Assembly (NCBI RefSeq): GCF_009914755.1
Contig: NC_060931.1
From: the human T2T-CHM13v2.0 reference genome, Homo sapiens
DNA length: 64,000 bases
Strand: one strand, 5' to 3'
The position numbers were made by a program, and so were the translations under genes. Positions 1 to 15,599 of this stretch are shown in pieces (within the stretch, counting starts at the first letter, position 1; the number at the start of each line of letters is the position of its first letter). The notes below the pieces were generated by a model. It saw nothing but the letters and a program-made list of their open reading frames with translations. It was not told the DNA's origin and did no database searches.

Positions 1-916
1 GTCTAGGAAGTGAGGAGCATCTCTGCCCGGTGGCCCATCGTCTGGGATGTGAGGAGCCCCTCTGCCCCGCCGCCCCGTCTGGGATGTGAGGAGCGCCTCT
101 GCCCGGCCGCGACCCCATCTGGGAGGTGAGGAGCGTCTCTGCCCGGCCGCCCCGTCTGAGAAGTGAGAAGCCCCTCTGCCCGGCAGCTGCCCCATCTGAG
201 AAGTGAGGAGCCCCTCTGCCCGGCAGCCGCTCCGTCTGAGAAATGAGGAGCGTCTCTGCCCGGCAGCCGCCCTGTCCGGGAGGGAGGTGGAGGGCGCCTC
301 CGCCCGGCCGCCGCCCCGTCCGGGAGGTGGGGGGCACCTCTGCCCGGCCGCCCCTTCTGGGAAGTGAGGAGCCCCTCTGCCCAGCCGCCACCCCTTCTGG
401 GAGGTGTACCCAACAGCTCATTGAGAACGGGCCATGATGACGATGGCGGTTTTGTGGAATAGAAAAGGGGGAAATGTGGGGAATAGATAGAGAAATCAGA
501 TTGTTGCTGTGTCTGTGTAGAAAGAAGCAGACATGGGAGACTCCATTTTGTTCTGTACTAAGAAAGATTCTTCTGCCTTGGGATGCTGGTGATCTATGAC
601 CTTGCCCCCAACCATGTGCTCTCTGAAACATGTGCTGTGTCCACTCAGGGTTAAATGGATTAAGGGCAGTGCAAGATGTGCTTTGTTAAACAGATGCTTG
701 AAGGCAGCATGCTCGTTAAGAGTCATCACCACTCCCTAATCTCAAGTACCCAGGGACACAAACACTGCAGAAGGCTGCAGGGTCCTCTGCCTAGGAAAAC
801 CAGAGACCTTTGTTCACTTGTTTATGTGCTGACCTTCCCTCCACTATTGTCCTATGACCCTGCCAAATCCCCCTCTGCGAGAAACACCCAAGAATGATCA
901 ATAAAAAAAAAAAAAA
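1..916 (+). mobile_element. SVA retrotransposon, 3' part (VNTR, SINE-R, poly-A); 5' end lies outside the window
   Basis: GC-rich ~40-bp VNTR units (gaagtgaggagcccctctgcccggc) to ~400, HERV-K-derived SINE-R ~410-900, AATAAA at ~900 and an A-tail. SINE-R looks like an older (A/B-type) subfamily. Confidence 0.95.
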
Positions 917-919
917 GAA

Positions 920-1270
920 TAAAAGAATATAGGGAGAAATGGCTTAAAAGTTAGTTGGAAAAAATGGGAGGTTCTGATAAATTTTCAAAGTGATGAAACA
1001 AACAATACTACCAACCAAGAATAATTGATGCAAGAAAAATTGTACTTCAAAAATTAGAAAAAAAGAAAGACTTTTAAAGATTAAAAAAAAAAGTTCAACA
1101 CCAGGATATTTCTAGAAAAAATCTTAAAGAGAGTTCATTATGTTGAAAAATGAAATGATGCTGGACAGCATGATAAAACCATATGAAAATATTAAGCTCT
1201 CTGTTGAATGTAAATATAGATGCAGATATACAATTTTCCGCAATAATAATGATGGTGCCTAAAATTGCTA
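920..1270 (+). mobile_element. Old L1M fragment (ORF1 3' end/inter-ORF-like)
   Basis: A-rich, degenerate L1 ORF1-end-like sequence (ccaagaataatt...gcaagaaaaattgtacttcaaaaat). Confidence 0.5.
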
Positions 1271-1280
1271 AATCTCAACT

Positions 1281-1570
1281 TGTCATGGTGGCTCATGCCT
1301 GTAATCCCAGCACTTTGGGAGGCTGAGACAGGCCGATCACTTGAAAAGTCAGGAGTTCGAGAGCAGCCTGGCCAATATGATGAAACCCCATCTCTACTAA
1401 AAATACAAAAACCAGCCAGGTGTGGTGGCAGTCACCTGTAATCCCAAGTACTCAGGAAGCTGAGGCAGGAGAATCACTTGAACCCAGGAGACGGAGGTTG
1501 CAGTGAGCTGAGATGGCGCCGCTGTTCTCCAGCCTGGGCAACAGAGTGAATACTCTGTCTCAACAAAGAA
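1281..1570 (+). mobile_element. AluS
   Basis: Dimeric Alu consensus; TSD-like aaaattg(c/t)taaatctc on both sides. Confidence 0.92.
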
Positions 1571-1835
1571 AAATTGTTAAATCTCTGTTAATGTACACAC
1601 AATATATAAGGATATAAATTGTGATGTTAGTAAGAAAGTGGGAAAAATTTTAAAGTATACATTTTGTATACTATTAACATGAAGTTGAAGGCAAAATCCG
1701 TTTGCCCTGGGGACCTTAGCACTGGTCAAGGGAGTAGGCAAAGCTGCCATTTTCTTTCCCTCTGTTCTTCCATCTCCCCCATCAGAATTTTTCTTGGTCT
1801 GCAGGAATAGTCAACAGGTCCAGGCTATGTCCTGT

Positions 1836-1837
<2 letters not shown>

Positions 1838-1878
<41 letters not shown>
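1838..1878. repeat. (CA)n microsatellite
   Basis: About 20 CA units. Confidence 0.97.
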
Positions 1879-1882
<4 letters not shown>

Positions 1883-2057
1883 AGGCTGGCATGGTGTGTA
1901 TGGATAAAACCTGGAATTTAAAAAATTTTTATATTTCCTAAAAGTGGGAAACAGAATTTTCGGCATAATTCTCAGGACTTTGGGCTGGGGAAAGGGTAAG
2001 TCCTTGCTTCCTGCCATGTGGTTTCTCATCAGAGTTGTTGCGGCCTTCTCCCTGCAG

Positions 2058-2237
2058 GAGTCCCCCAAGGAGATGGTGAAGGAGATTTACCCAGTGCTCA
2101 TGGTGTCACTGCACCTGATGACATGTGTCACTGCACCTGCTTGTCACTGCACCTGGACAGCAACATGCTGGACCACTTCTCAGAGCTCTGCAGCATTGAG
2201 GAGCTGCAGGAGGGCTCAGCGCTGTGCACGATGGAGG
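2058..2237 (+). pseudogene. CLUHP: CLUH exon remnant (N-terminal region)
   Basis: [15 protein letters not shown]...[31 protein letters not shown] vs CLUH [51 protein letters not shown]; cag| before and |gt after. Confidence 0.88.
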
Positions 2238-2795
2238 GTTGGTTTGGAAGTTAGGTGGTCTGTTCTGGGGAGAGTCCCCAGAAGCAGGGCCAGGCAACAC
2301 CTCACCACCCCTTCTGGGGTCTCTGTGTCACAGATGAGCACATGAAGGTGGGTCTGGAGCCCAGGTCTGCATCTCAGGCTGTCACACCAGCACCTTCTGA
2401 CTTCATGGCCCATGACTTAAAGAACAGAGTTGTGATTCTAAAAAAAAAAATCAGGCAGTACTGAATCAGGGCTTGACATCAGCCCAATCAAAATTCGTAA
2501 GGATAAATGATGTTTTGTAAAAAACAAACAAACAAAAACAAAAACCAAAAAACTTTAAAAGTTTCAGTCTTTTAATGAGGAAGTCTGTGCAGTACAGCAC
2601 CACCAACTGGTGTGGTGAGATTGGCTTGGGTGTAAAGCAAAAGCTCTCATGTACTCAAGTTCCCTGGGGAGGAGCCACTCGTGTTCCTAGGACCTAACTG
2701 CTTGTTAAGAGCAGTTGTGGGAAAGATCTGTAGCTCAATGGTGTCTCTATAGCTGTTCACAGAACCTTTCCTCTTTCCTAAAAGAACCACCATTA

Positions 2796-3088
2796 AGCCG
2801 GGCATGGTGGCTCACCCCTGTAATCCCAGCACTTTGGGAGGCCGAGGCAGGTGGATCGCAAAGTCAGGAGTTCGAAACCAGCCTGGCCAAGATGGTGAAA
2901 CCACATCTCTACTAAAAATACAAAAATTATCCGGGCGTGGTGGCAGGCACCTGTAATCTCAGCTACTCAGGAGGCTGAGGCAGGAGAATCACTTGAACCC
3001 GGGAGACGGAGGTTGCAGTGAGCTGAGATTATGCCACTGTACTCCAGCCTGGGCGACACAGCAAGACTCTGTCTCAGAAAAAAAAAAA
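2796..3088 (+). mobile_element. AluS
   Basis: Full Alu with TSD aaaagaaccaccatta. Confidence 0.95.
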
Positions 3089-3510
3089 GAACCACCATTA
3101 AAATCCCATGATGAGACTGGGAAGGAGGAGGCATCACCACCCAGGCTGTGGTGGAAAGGCTGGAGGAAACACCTAAACATGTGCAATCCCAAAGCCCAGC
3201 TGCCCGGTCCAAATCCATATCCCCCCAACATCAGGTACCCTGGAGGTTCCAATCATGCCAACCTACCACCTACCAATACAATCTTTCCTCCAGGCCCCTT
3301 TTCTCCCCAGCTAGGAGCTCCCCAGGGAAATCCAGCTTTCCCTGCAGGTGGGCCCCCTCATCCTGTGCTATAGCCAGAGTATTCAGGATGCCAACCCTAA
3401 GGTCCCTACCCTCCTTTATACCCACCACCTGCCCCTGGAATGCCTCCTGTGAATCCCTTGGCTCCTGACATGTTAGGACAAGGAGTGATAGTGGACAAGA
3501 AGATGCAGAA

Positions 3511-3805
<295 letters not shown>

Positions 3806-4406
3806 GAGAGACGAAAAAAGAAGAAAGCTCATAAAAAGATGCACAAGCACCAGCAGCATGGCCAGCATTCCTCCTCTTCCTCCTCCTCTTCCAGCAGTGA
3901 CCTGACTGAATACAGGCCCTGGACCCTGTATTCAGACCCTCAAGTCGCACCAGTTCTGTCGCACCAGTTCTGCTCTCCCATCAAGCTTCAGATCCCATGT
4001 TGTACTGGGGGAAAGTAGCTCCTGTGCTCCCCACCCCTACCCCTGCCCGGTCCTCACCCTGCAGTTCAGCCTTGAGTGCCTAGAGAAAATGGGAAGAGGA
4101 TTGCTATGGCACAACTGTCTTCTTGCTGCTTGGATACATCACATAGCTGATGAATTTAGCAGGGGAGCTATTTTCCAAAGATGATGAGCTAAATGTTGAA
4201 GACAAGTTTAAGATCTGTAAAATGTTATTTTTTACTGCTTCTTTTAATATTTGTGATTGGGGCCAGGTGTGGTGGTTCACGCCTGTGATCCCAGCACTTT
4301 GGGAGGTCGAGGCAGGTGGATCACTGGAGGTCAGGAGTTTGACACCAACCTGACCAACATGGTGAAACCTTGTCTCTACTGAAAATAGAAAAATTAGCCT
4401 GATGTG

Positions 4407-7664
<3,258 letters not shown>

Positions 7665-8250
7665 CTACAGCCTGGGCGAAAAAAGCAAAACTCCGTCTCA
7701 AAAAAAAAAACAAAACACTTGTGATTTGGGGGTTTTGTGGAAATTTAATTACGATGAAAAATCTGTATCTTTTTTGTAATGTTGGCATACTTGGGTAATT
7801 TTGTGGCAAATATATTTCCCAGTGGACCTTTTGTTGGTGGCACTAACTGCAAGGTTGCTGGGAAAGTGGAGTCTGTTTGGTGGATGAGCTCTGACTGCCG
7901 TTTTGGAACCTCACCTCTACTCATGCTGTCTCAAGTCCTTGTCTCATTCTCCAGCTCTCAGTTCAAATAAAGTTATTTCTCCTGGGAAAAAAAATTCCGT
8001 GAAACGCACACTGGATGACAGTGCTGAAGTTGGGTGCCCTGGGAAGTCCTCAGGACACCCCTGCATGAAGGCTGCCCCAGGAGAGCAGCGCAAGGTTGTG
8101 GAGGTCTCAAAGCTCTGAAGAACCTGCCTACCGAAGACAGGAGTGCCCACAAAACAGTTGGCCCATGGGCTCCCCAAGACCTACGTGTACCTTGGAGGCA
8201 TTTGGCAGAAGATTCTTTGTGAACAAAAATCTCTGCCCACTAGGAGGCAG

Positions 8251-8252
<2 letters not shown>

Positions 8253-8281
<29 letters not shown>
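8253..8281. repeat. (TG)n microsatellite
   Basis: About 14 TG units. Confidence 0.95.
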
Positions 8282-8283
<2 letters not shown>

Positions 8284-8448
8284 GAAACCAGAACTCCACC
8301 TTATGTGTTCATTGTGGAATTTGAAAATGGAAGCCTAAAGTTGAAAATTAAAATCACCCGTGATAGCTGTAAACTATTTTCTGTGCTAGATGGGTTGTTC
8401 CAGGGTGCGGGGTCCTGGTAACACCCTTCTTTCTCCCTTCCTGAAAGA

Positions 8449-8590
8449 GTTACACATACTGCTCAAGGCCTGAATCCACAGGTACCATGTCCAAGCCCTG
8501 CTCAAGAGCCTGGGCCCATCTGCCACCTTCAGCAGAGTTGACTGAAGCTGCTTGTCCTTCTTGAGCATTTTCTCCAATGGTGACCTGAGA
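8449..8590 (+). pseudogene. CLUHP: CLUH exon remnant
   Basis: A*IHRYHVQALLKSLGPSATFSRVD*SCLSFLSIFSNGDLR vs CLUH [41 protein letters not shown]. Confidence 0.88.
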
Positions 8591-8803
8591 GGGGTGGGAG
8601 GTATTGGTGTCAGGACTGAACGGAGGGAAAAGGAGCATGGAGGCCAGGGGCTGAAGACCAGGCCTTCCAACCTGGAGGGGCCTGGCCCTGAGACACCCAG
8701 ACCAGGGTCACATTTAGGTAGAAAGACAACTGGCCCTGGGTGGCCCTGTGCTGACCACCAGCCCCGGGTTCCTCACAGATATACAGTTATCATAGATATT
8801 CAA

Positions 8804-8918
8804 ACAGTGGGAATTGGAAGAATGGCTTGGAGATGGGCCCTGTCAACTGTGGGTCACTGAGCACATCCTGCCAGGGACCCAGGAGGGGCCATTGTGTCTC
8901 TAGAACCATGACTGGAAG
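8804..8918 (+). pseudogene. CLUHP: CLUH exon remnant
   Basis: SGNWKNGLEMGPVNC...EHILPG...NHDWK|gt vs [26 protein letters not shown]...NRDWK. Confidence 0.8.
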
Positions 8919-9016
8919 GTGGAACTCCCACGGTGAGCAAGGAAGAGGGTCCTCGTTGGGTTGGAGGGCCACACACCAACAAGCCTGGCTTATTCAAGCT
9001 TGGCCATTCCTGAAGC

Positions 9017-9160
9017 ACTTCCAGTGCCTACCATGAGCAGTAGGAACCCACCCACTGGGAACTGCAAGATGCATGGAGACCTCATGTATCCGTTTGTAAT
9101 TACAGCCAAGGGCCAGTGAGGCAGCATCACTGCATCCACATGGGGCTTTTACTGCAACCA
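9017..9160 (+). pseudogene. CLUHP: CLUH exon remnant
   Basis: [43 protein letters not shown]|gtaagt vs [44 protein letters not shown]. Confidence 0.9.
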
Positions 9161-9263
9161 GTAAGTCTCTGCCAGCCCCCCACAGGCTCCTGGGATGCCA
9201 CTTGTTCTGGGTCTGTGGACAGACAACCAGGGCACTTACTTAGTGCCCACCCACTCCTTGTAG

Positions 9264-9387
9264 GCCCATAGCCTATCACTCAAACCCGAGCCCACCAGCC
9301 CCGGCTTCCCAAGCCATTCCCACTGGAGCTGCTCAACCACATCAGCCTGAACTTTACAAAACCCTTTGTCATGCCATAGAAAAAAAG
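9264..9387 (+). pseudogene. CLUHP: CLUH exon remnant
   Basis: tag|...AYH..PEPTSPGFPSHS.LELLNHISLNFTKPFVMP*KK|gt vs [41 protein letters not shown]. Confidence 0.85.
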
Positions 9388-9679
9388 GTGATGGCTTTGT
9401 CCCACTGCCCCTGCCTTGTGTCATGTCATGTGGGGGTATGTGATGAACTGGCCAGCCTAACTCCAGTGCTTCTGCCCAAAAAACTGCCCCCACTGCCTGA
9501 GTCCCCTTCTAGGGAGCTGTCAGTCAATGTGGGAGAGAGCAGCCCTGGGAGGGACCCCATCTGCTTCTGACTTCAGTGCCAAGAAGAACCTAGAGCAGGT
9601 AGAGGTGTCAGAGAAGAAGCCTGCGGCAGGGCTCTGAGCTTGGTGGGCTGTGTATCTCCCTCTCCACTGCCTGCCATGG

Positions 9680-9828
9680 GGCCTAGCACCACACATTCAA
9701 GAGGAAAACCATCCCATTCCAGGTGTGCAGCTGGACTGCTCCCCGGGCAAGGGCTCCCATGACACTGCGTGCTCACAGAGGATGTCTACACCTTGAGGCT
9801 GAGCTATGAGGAGAACATTCCTGAACAG
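9680..9828 (+). pseudogene. CLUHP: CLUH exon remnant
   Basis: HTFKRKTIPFQVCSWTAP...CVLTEDVYTLRLSYEENIPEQ|gt vs HPFERIATPFQVYSWTAP...[21 protein letters not shown]. Confidence 0.87.
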
Positions 9829-10043
9829 GTGCATGCAGACTGGCCCTGCCCTCACTGGGAACCCCCTTCCTCCTGGGTGCCAGACAGAATTCTGTGCCCT
9901 TTTATGGAGGCTCCATGCTGGTCAGTTCATTTGGAAGTCTAAGGCTATCAATGAAGAGGTTAAAAAAAAAAAGAGAGAGAGAGACTTCTCAGAGCAGGTT
10001 GTGGGGCACAGCCTGAGCCCTTGTCTTCCTGGTCCCTCTGCAG

Positions 10044-10136
10044 ACCTGGGATTGGAAGAAGGAGCTGCAGATAATGAGGGAACTGCTCTGCCAGAACTGG
10101 CCTAAGCAGCTGCTTCAAGAAAGAGCCATAATCAAG
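10044..10136 (+). pseudogene. CLUHP: CLUH exon remnant
   Basis: cag|TWDWKKELQIMRELLCQNWPKQLLQERAIIK|gt vs [31 protein letters not shown]. Confidence 0.88.
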
Positions 10137-10978
10137 GTGCTTATATCCCCTGGTGACTGACTGGCAGCCTCAGGCCCACCTGCCATCTGCGGGCAGGCTT
10201 TCTTGTGGACAGGATGAAAGCAAGGAAAGCTGGAATGAGCCCAGCCCTCTCAGGCATCCTGAATGCTGTCTAGGGTTTCCTGCAAGGCCTTCTAGCCTTC
10301 TGCTTCCTGGCAGGCCACCCATGCACCTTTTTCTGGCCTCTTTGAGACCTTGATTCCCTGGAAGGAGAGGACTGTACTTCCACTGTGCTGAGTGGCCAGG
10401 GCCATCCAGCTTCCCACCCTCTACTAGCAACCATGGGGCTCTCACTTGGGCACACACTGCCTAACCATGCCCCTTCCAAGGCATAAGCTCATTTATCTTA
10501 CACTTTCAGCTTACTAGAACTTAAAAGTTATCAATGCTGTTATTAAGGTAGAGAAATGATGGGGGGAAGGTTACTTTCTGAGTATTCCCATGTTGGGTGC
10601 AGGGAGTAGGGAGGCAAGTCAGGGCCTGTGGTTGTGCCTTTTGCTGTGCCTGAGGGCAGGCAGGCAGGCCAGGGCTGGGCACATGAATGTCTGGGGGTCC
10701 ACCACTGCTGACTCCCTCCCCCTCACTCGGAGCTATAACCAGGCCAATCCATAATCTTATCATGGAGATCATCAGCACAGGTGGGGCTGCCGAGGATGCT
10801 GGGGGAGAGTTCCCAGCCTGTCCTGGCGGCCAGTCCTTGCCAGGGGTGGCTCATAACTCAGCCTCTGAGAGAAGCAGGCAGACATCTCTGCAGGAAGCTG
10901 GGCGGTTGTGGCTCAGGGCAGCCCAGCCCCCACTGATGGTGGAGTGGAACTACCTCCCATCAGGCTGTGTCTCCACAG

Positions 10979-11080
10979 CCCACCCTTGGAGCCAGGAGGT
11001 GATTTACCGTGTGTGCAAAGCAGTCAGCTCCATCAGATGCATGGCCTTCAACATTCAATTCAACTCGGACATCTCACCAG
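10979..11080 (+). pseudogene. CLUHP: CLUH exon remnant (central region)
   Basis: HPWSQEVIYRVCKAVSSIRCMAFNIQFNSDISP vs [34 protein letters not shown]. Confidence 0.87.
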
Positions 11081-11212
11081 AGAAGCAATGGGGACCGGCC
11101 AGTGTAAAAGCCCTGCAAAGTTGGACAGAGCCTCACGCTGGGGGGTCTGGGGTCCTCAGTGCTGGCGGGCCTGTCTGCCCATCTGAGCACTGCTCCGTGG
11201 GACTGTGTTCGC

Positions 11213-11349
11213 GGCCTCCTGAAGGAGGGCTGTGGGCTCCTCAGTGAGGTCCTGAGCCTGTGGAACATGCCTGAGGCCACGCTCATGGGGACTTGCACCT
11301 ACGTGCACCTCCTTGACCATCCCACTACATTATGAGTGACTGTGCCAAG
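11213..11349 (+). pseudogene. CLUHP: CLUH exon remnant (TPR region)
   Basis: GLLK.EGCGLLSEVLSLWN...TCTYVHLLD..HYIMSDCAK|gt vs GFLKEGCELINEALNLFNN...[20 protein letters not shown]. Confidence 0.78.
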
Positions 11350-12003
11350 GTGGGTGTCGAGCACCCTCTGGGCTGTATCAGCAAAGGCCTTTGGGCCTGG
11401 CCTGGGATTGAAGGATGGCAAATGAGGGGTCTGGGGTTGCATTGTCACCCCACATGGTAGCAGAAAATGAGAGCGTCCAGGCCTACAGGACTGGAACCTT
11501 ATCGAGGGGGTTAGGAGGCTGTTCACTTCCCCCCCGGGCCCATGTGGAAGATCGGAGGGAGTCTAGGGGGACCCTGGGGAGACACTTGTTCTGTCTGGCA
11601 TCCCCCAGCTCCACCCTTTGATAACCATTTCCTTGGGAGAGCTGAGGAACCTCTTGTGCTCCATTGAGGCAGGGCCTCACCTCACACGGTATTGGCAAGG
11701 AGGCATTCTGAGACTCTGAATGAGAAGCTAGCACAGTGCCTGACAAGTACTCATGGGAGCTGTCATCCTCTGTAACCATCACGTGGCCTTATAGTGTTCA
11801 GACTGCCTGGCCTGGGGCTTGGTGAGGCTGTTTGGGGATCAGCTAATTTAGGCTCCCACTCTTTCCTCAATCAGTGTCTCTGTTTGGTGTTTGTTTATTT
11901 ATGGGTTTTAAAAAACCTAAGATTTCATTTATAGTAGTTTCAAGCTTGTATGTATTTGTATAGATTTTATTAGAAGGAAGAGGGCTTAAGGAAACAACAT
12001 TTT

Positions 12004-12320
<317 letters not shown>

Positions 12321-12551
12321 GAACATTTTTAGAAGTTCTCAGTGGGGCATAGACTTCCATGTCACAAATGCTAATGTTGACCTTCTCTTGCTGCCTTTGT
12401 GCAAAGTATATATAGGAAGTGCAGCCAGAGGTGACAAGGCTCAGTGTCTAGAGCCGTGCTGCTTGGGCTTGCTTGCTGGCCTGCGACCAGGTGAATTCTG
12501 GGTGTGAGGCCGTGCCCATCCTGGATCTACAACCCCCACTCCCTCTCCCAG

Positions 12552-12632
12552 GCCCTGTGTAAACAACACAAGGCAGTGCTAATGAGCAGGCTAGTAATGG
12601 GCCTCAAGCACCCCAATACCATCCAGGAAGAT
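12552..12632 (+). pseudogene. CLUHP: CLUH exon remnant (TPR region)
   Basis: cag|ALCKQHKAVLMSRLVMGLKHPNTIQED vs [27 protein letters not shown]. Confidence 0.9.
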
Positions 12633-12707
12633 CTGAATGCCATCTGTGGCTGGGGCTGTGTGGAGACAGGGGCTGTGGCTGCCTTGGCTTGTCATGGCCC
12701 ACCACAG

Positions 12708-12831
12708 ACGCACCTGTCCTGTGCTGCTTCGCCAGCAGCCAGCTGTCCATGGCCCTGAGCCTGTCACACCATGCTTGCTACATCATGCTGCTCTTGTGTG
12801 AAAAAATTATCCTGAGATGGCGCTGCTGGAT
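12708..12831 (+). pseudogene. CLUHP: CLUH exon remnant (TPR region)
   Basis: cag|THL..[25 protein letters not shown]...YPEMALLD|gt vs [42 protein letters not shown]. Confidence 0.9.
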
Positions 12832-12908
12832 GTTAGTGCTGGAAAGGCGGCAGCACCTTTGTCCTGGGGGATCAGGAACTGACCAGATCCTTCCTGACTG
12901 CCCCCCAG

Positions 12909-13010
12909 AACAAGTGGGGGCTGGTGCTGCATTGAATGATGACCCCCCCGAAATGCGTTTGCACTGGCTCAGTGAATACACAATGCAGAGGCCTAAAATG
13001 AAGACACATG
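12909..13010 (+). pseudogene. CLUHP: CLUH exon remnant (degenerate)
   Basis: cag|NKWGLVLH*MM vs NNIGLVLHGVM; similarity fades after that. Confidence 0.6.
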
Positions 13011-14973
13011 AATCGTATTATGTGGAGATCAGCTTGCAGCTGGGAAACAGGTGGCTCTCAGGTATCTCATCTTCCCCAGCAAGTGTGGAATGTGTCCATG
13101 CCCATGGTGTGTGATCTGCCCTTCTTAACTTGTACACAACTCCAGGTCAGTTCTGAGTGAAGGACATGCAGATGAGATTTCTCAGGTCATTTGTATGTTT
13201 GACATTATGGCTGCTGCTTTTGCTGCCACTGCCCCTAGGCCCAACCTGGCTTAAAGTCTAGGCTTTAGGTAAAAAAGGTGGAGGGCTTCCTGTATCCTGT
13301 GATGGGAAGTCAGATATCCCTGGGGGTTGGGGTGCACTTTAGTTTTGTGGCAGGATGAGAGCTGCAGTGATTTTATTAATTGTGATTGGCCTGGCCAGGG
13401 TGTAGCTCTGGGTGAGGGGGAGGGAGTCAGCGGTGGTGGTCCCCCAGACATCCATGTGCCCAGCACTGGCCTGTCTGCCCTCAGGCACAGCAAAAGGCAC
13501 AACCACAGGCCCTGACTTGCCTCCCTGCTCCCTGCACCCCAGATGGGAATACTCGGAGGCTACAATCTGAATGTATTTTTCTCCCGTTTTAATCCGAACT
13601 GCCTAACACACCGTGGAGATAGGATGGGTGAGGGGCTTTGGGGGAACCAGGGCAGAATCATGGATCCTGGGGGAAAGTTAAAGATACAGGAGTGGTTTTC
13701 ACCTCTCTGTGGAGCCCAGCTCTCTACCTAGTCATTGCCACACAGCACCTTTACAGAGACTAGCTCTGCGGTGATTGGGAATCCCAACAGCCCCGGGCTG
13801 CTCCCTGTCCCCTGCTGCCTGTGCTCCTTCCCTTGCCCTTCAGAGCCCACATGAAGGAGGAGGTTGCCACCCTGTGAGCCTGAGAGAGCTGTGTCTGACT
13901 GGAGCTTCTGCCTGGGGTATTGCAAAGAGCCACTTATGGGTATAGTGTGTCCAGATACCTTGTTTCAAGAAGAATGGATGCAAGCTAGCAAGTGTAGCAT
14001 CCCCACAGCTGATAAATATGTGTTTCTTATTTTTAAACCATCACATCTTTATATCACATTAGAATAAAGTTTTTAAAACCTGCTGCTCCAGCCTCACCTG
14101 TGTGTTCTGTAACCCAATCTCACAATCAAACTGGGTTTGATTGTGAGTGCTGTTGTTAGAAATGTTACTAAGAGAGGAATATGTATAAATTAGATCAAAT
14201 TTAAGGTTATTCTTATAATGCCACTTGAGTGGAAAGTAAGAGGGTGGAGTCACAGGCACTCAGTTGGGGTTTACCCACCTTCCAGTTACTAGACTCATGA
14301 GGGTGTGGCACAGGTGAACCTGTCATTGGTGACAAAAGGAAAAAGGCTGGTGGGGAGGGGGTGCTAGGCTGTGGGGCTAAACCCTGGGCATGTTGGACCT
14401 GTGAGGTCCCTAAACATCTAACTGGCTGGGTACCTGCCCTTGTCAAGGTACCCTCGAGGGTACCTGCCCTCAGGTGAACCTGAGGGACAGAGCCTGTGAA
14501 GTAAGAGGGACTGTGTGGAGGTGGCCTGTCCCTATGAGAGGGGGAGTTTAAGGCTCATTACAGCTGGTGGCTGCTGCTCAGCCATCCCTCTGAAGAGCAG
14601 GCAGGTCCTCAGCCGCATATATAGTTCAATGCCTTTTAGAGTGTTTAGAGAGTCCTTCATGTTTTAGAAATTCTAAAAACAACAACAACAACAAATTCCA
14701 ATTCTAATGTCTGTTATTTTCCCTGTGCCAACTGGAAAAAAGATGTCCTTCACCTTGAAGTCTTAAGTGACACCCAAGGATAGCCATCAGTGTCTTGGCC
14801 ATTGAAGCCTCACGTATGCTCTCTTCCACCAGTTTGATTTGCAGCCTCATGGTTGTGTTGTACTAAATATACTTTCCTCTGGCCTTGTCCACATATATAG
14901 GTGTGTGTGTATATATATGTGTGTGTATATGTGTGTGTGTGAATATATCTTAGTCTTTCTAAGATGAGCATAT

Positions 14974-15301
<328 letters not shown>

Positions 15302-15599
15302 GCATATTTGGGCAACATAATTCTTGCTTATCCGTTCCCAGCCCCCGCTGCCCCTCCATTTCTAATAGCCATCCCACGTTGTGGTCAGCAGTGTGGTACA
15401 GCATGCTGAGAGAGGAGCTCAGGGATGGGATAAGGGTCTTTCCTGCATTATCCAAATGATTAGAAAGTTGTTAAAAAGGTGTCCAATTGTTCTACTTTCT
15501 ACTTTTAAATAGCTAATAAGATGCATTATACAAGCAGACCCAGGTAAGGGAAAAAGCAAGTGCATTTCAAGGCTCAGCTCACTTCTTAATTAGCTGTGA

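Noticed and set aside
10687-11247. 186-aa ORF as a possible novel protein
   Set aside because: It is GC-rich intronic read-through containing one CLUH exon relic and an inverted-repeat arm; no coding evidence.
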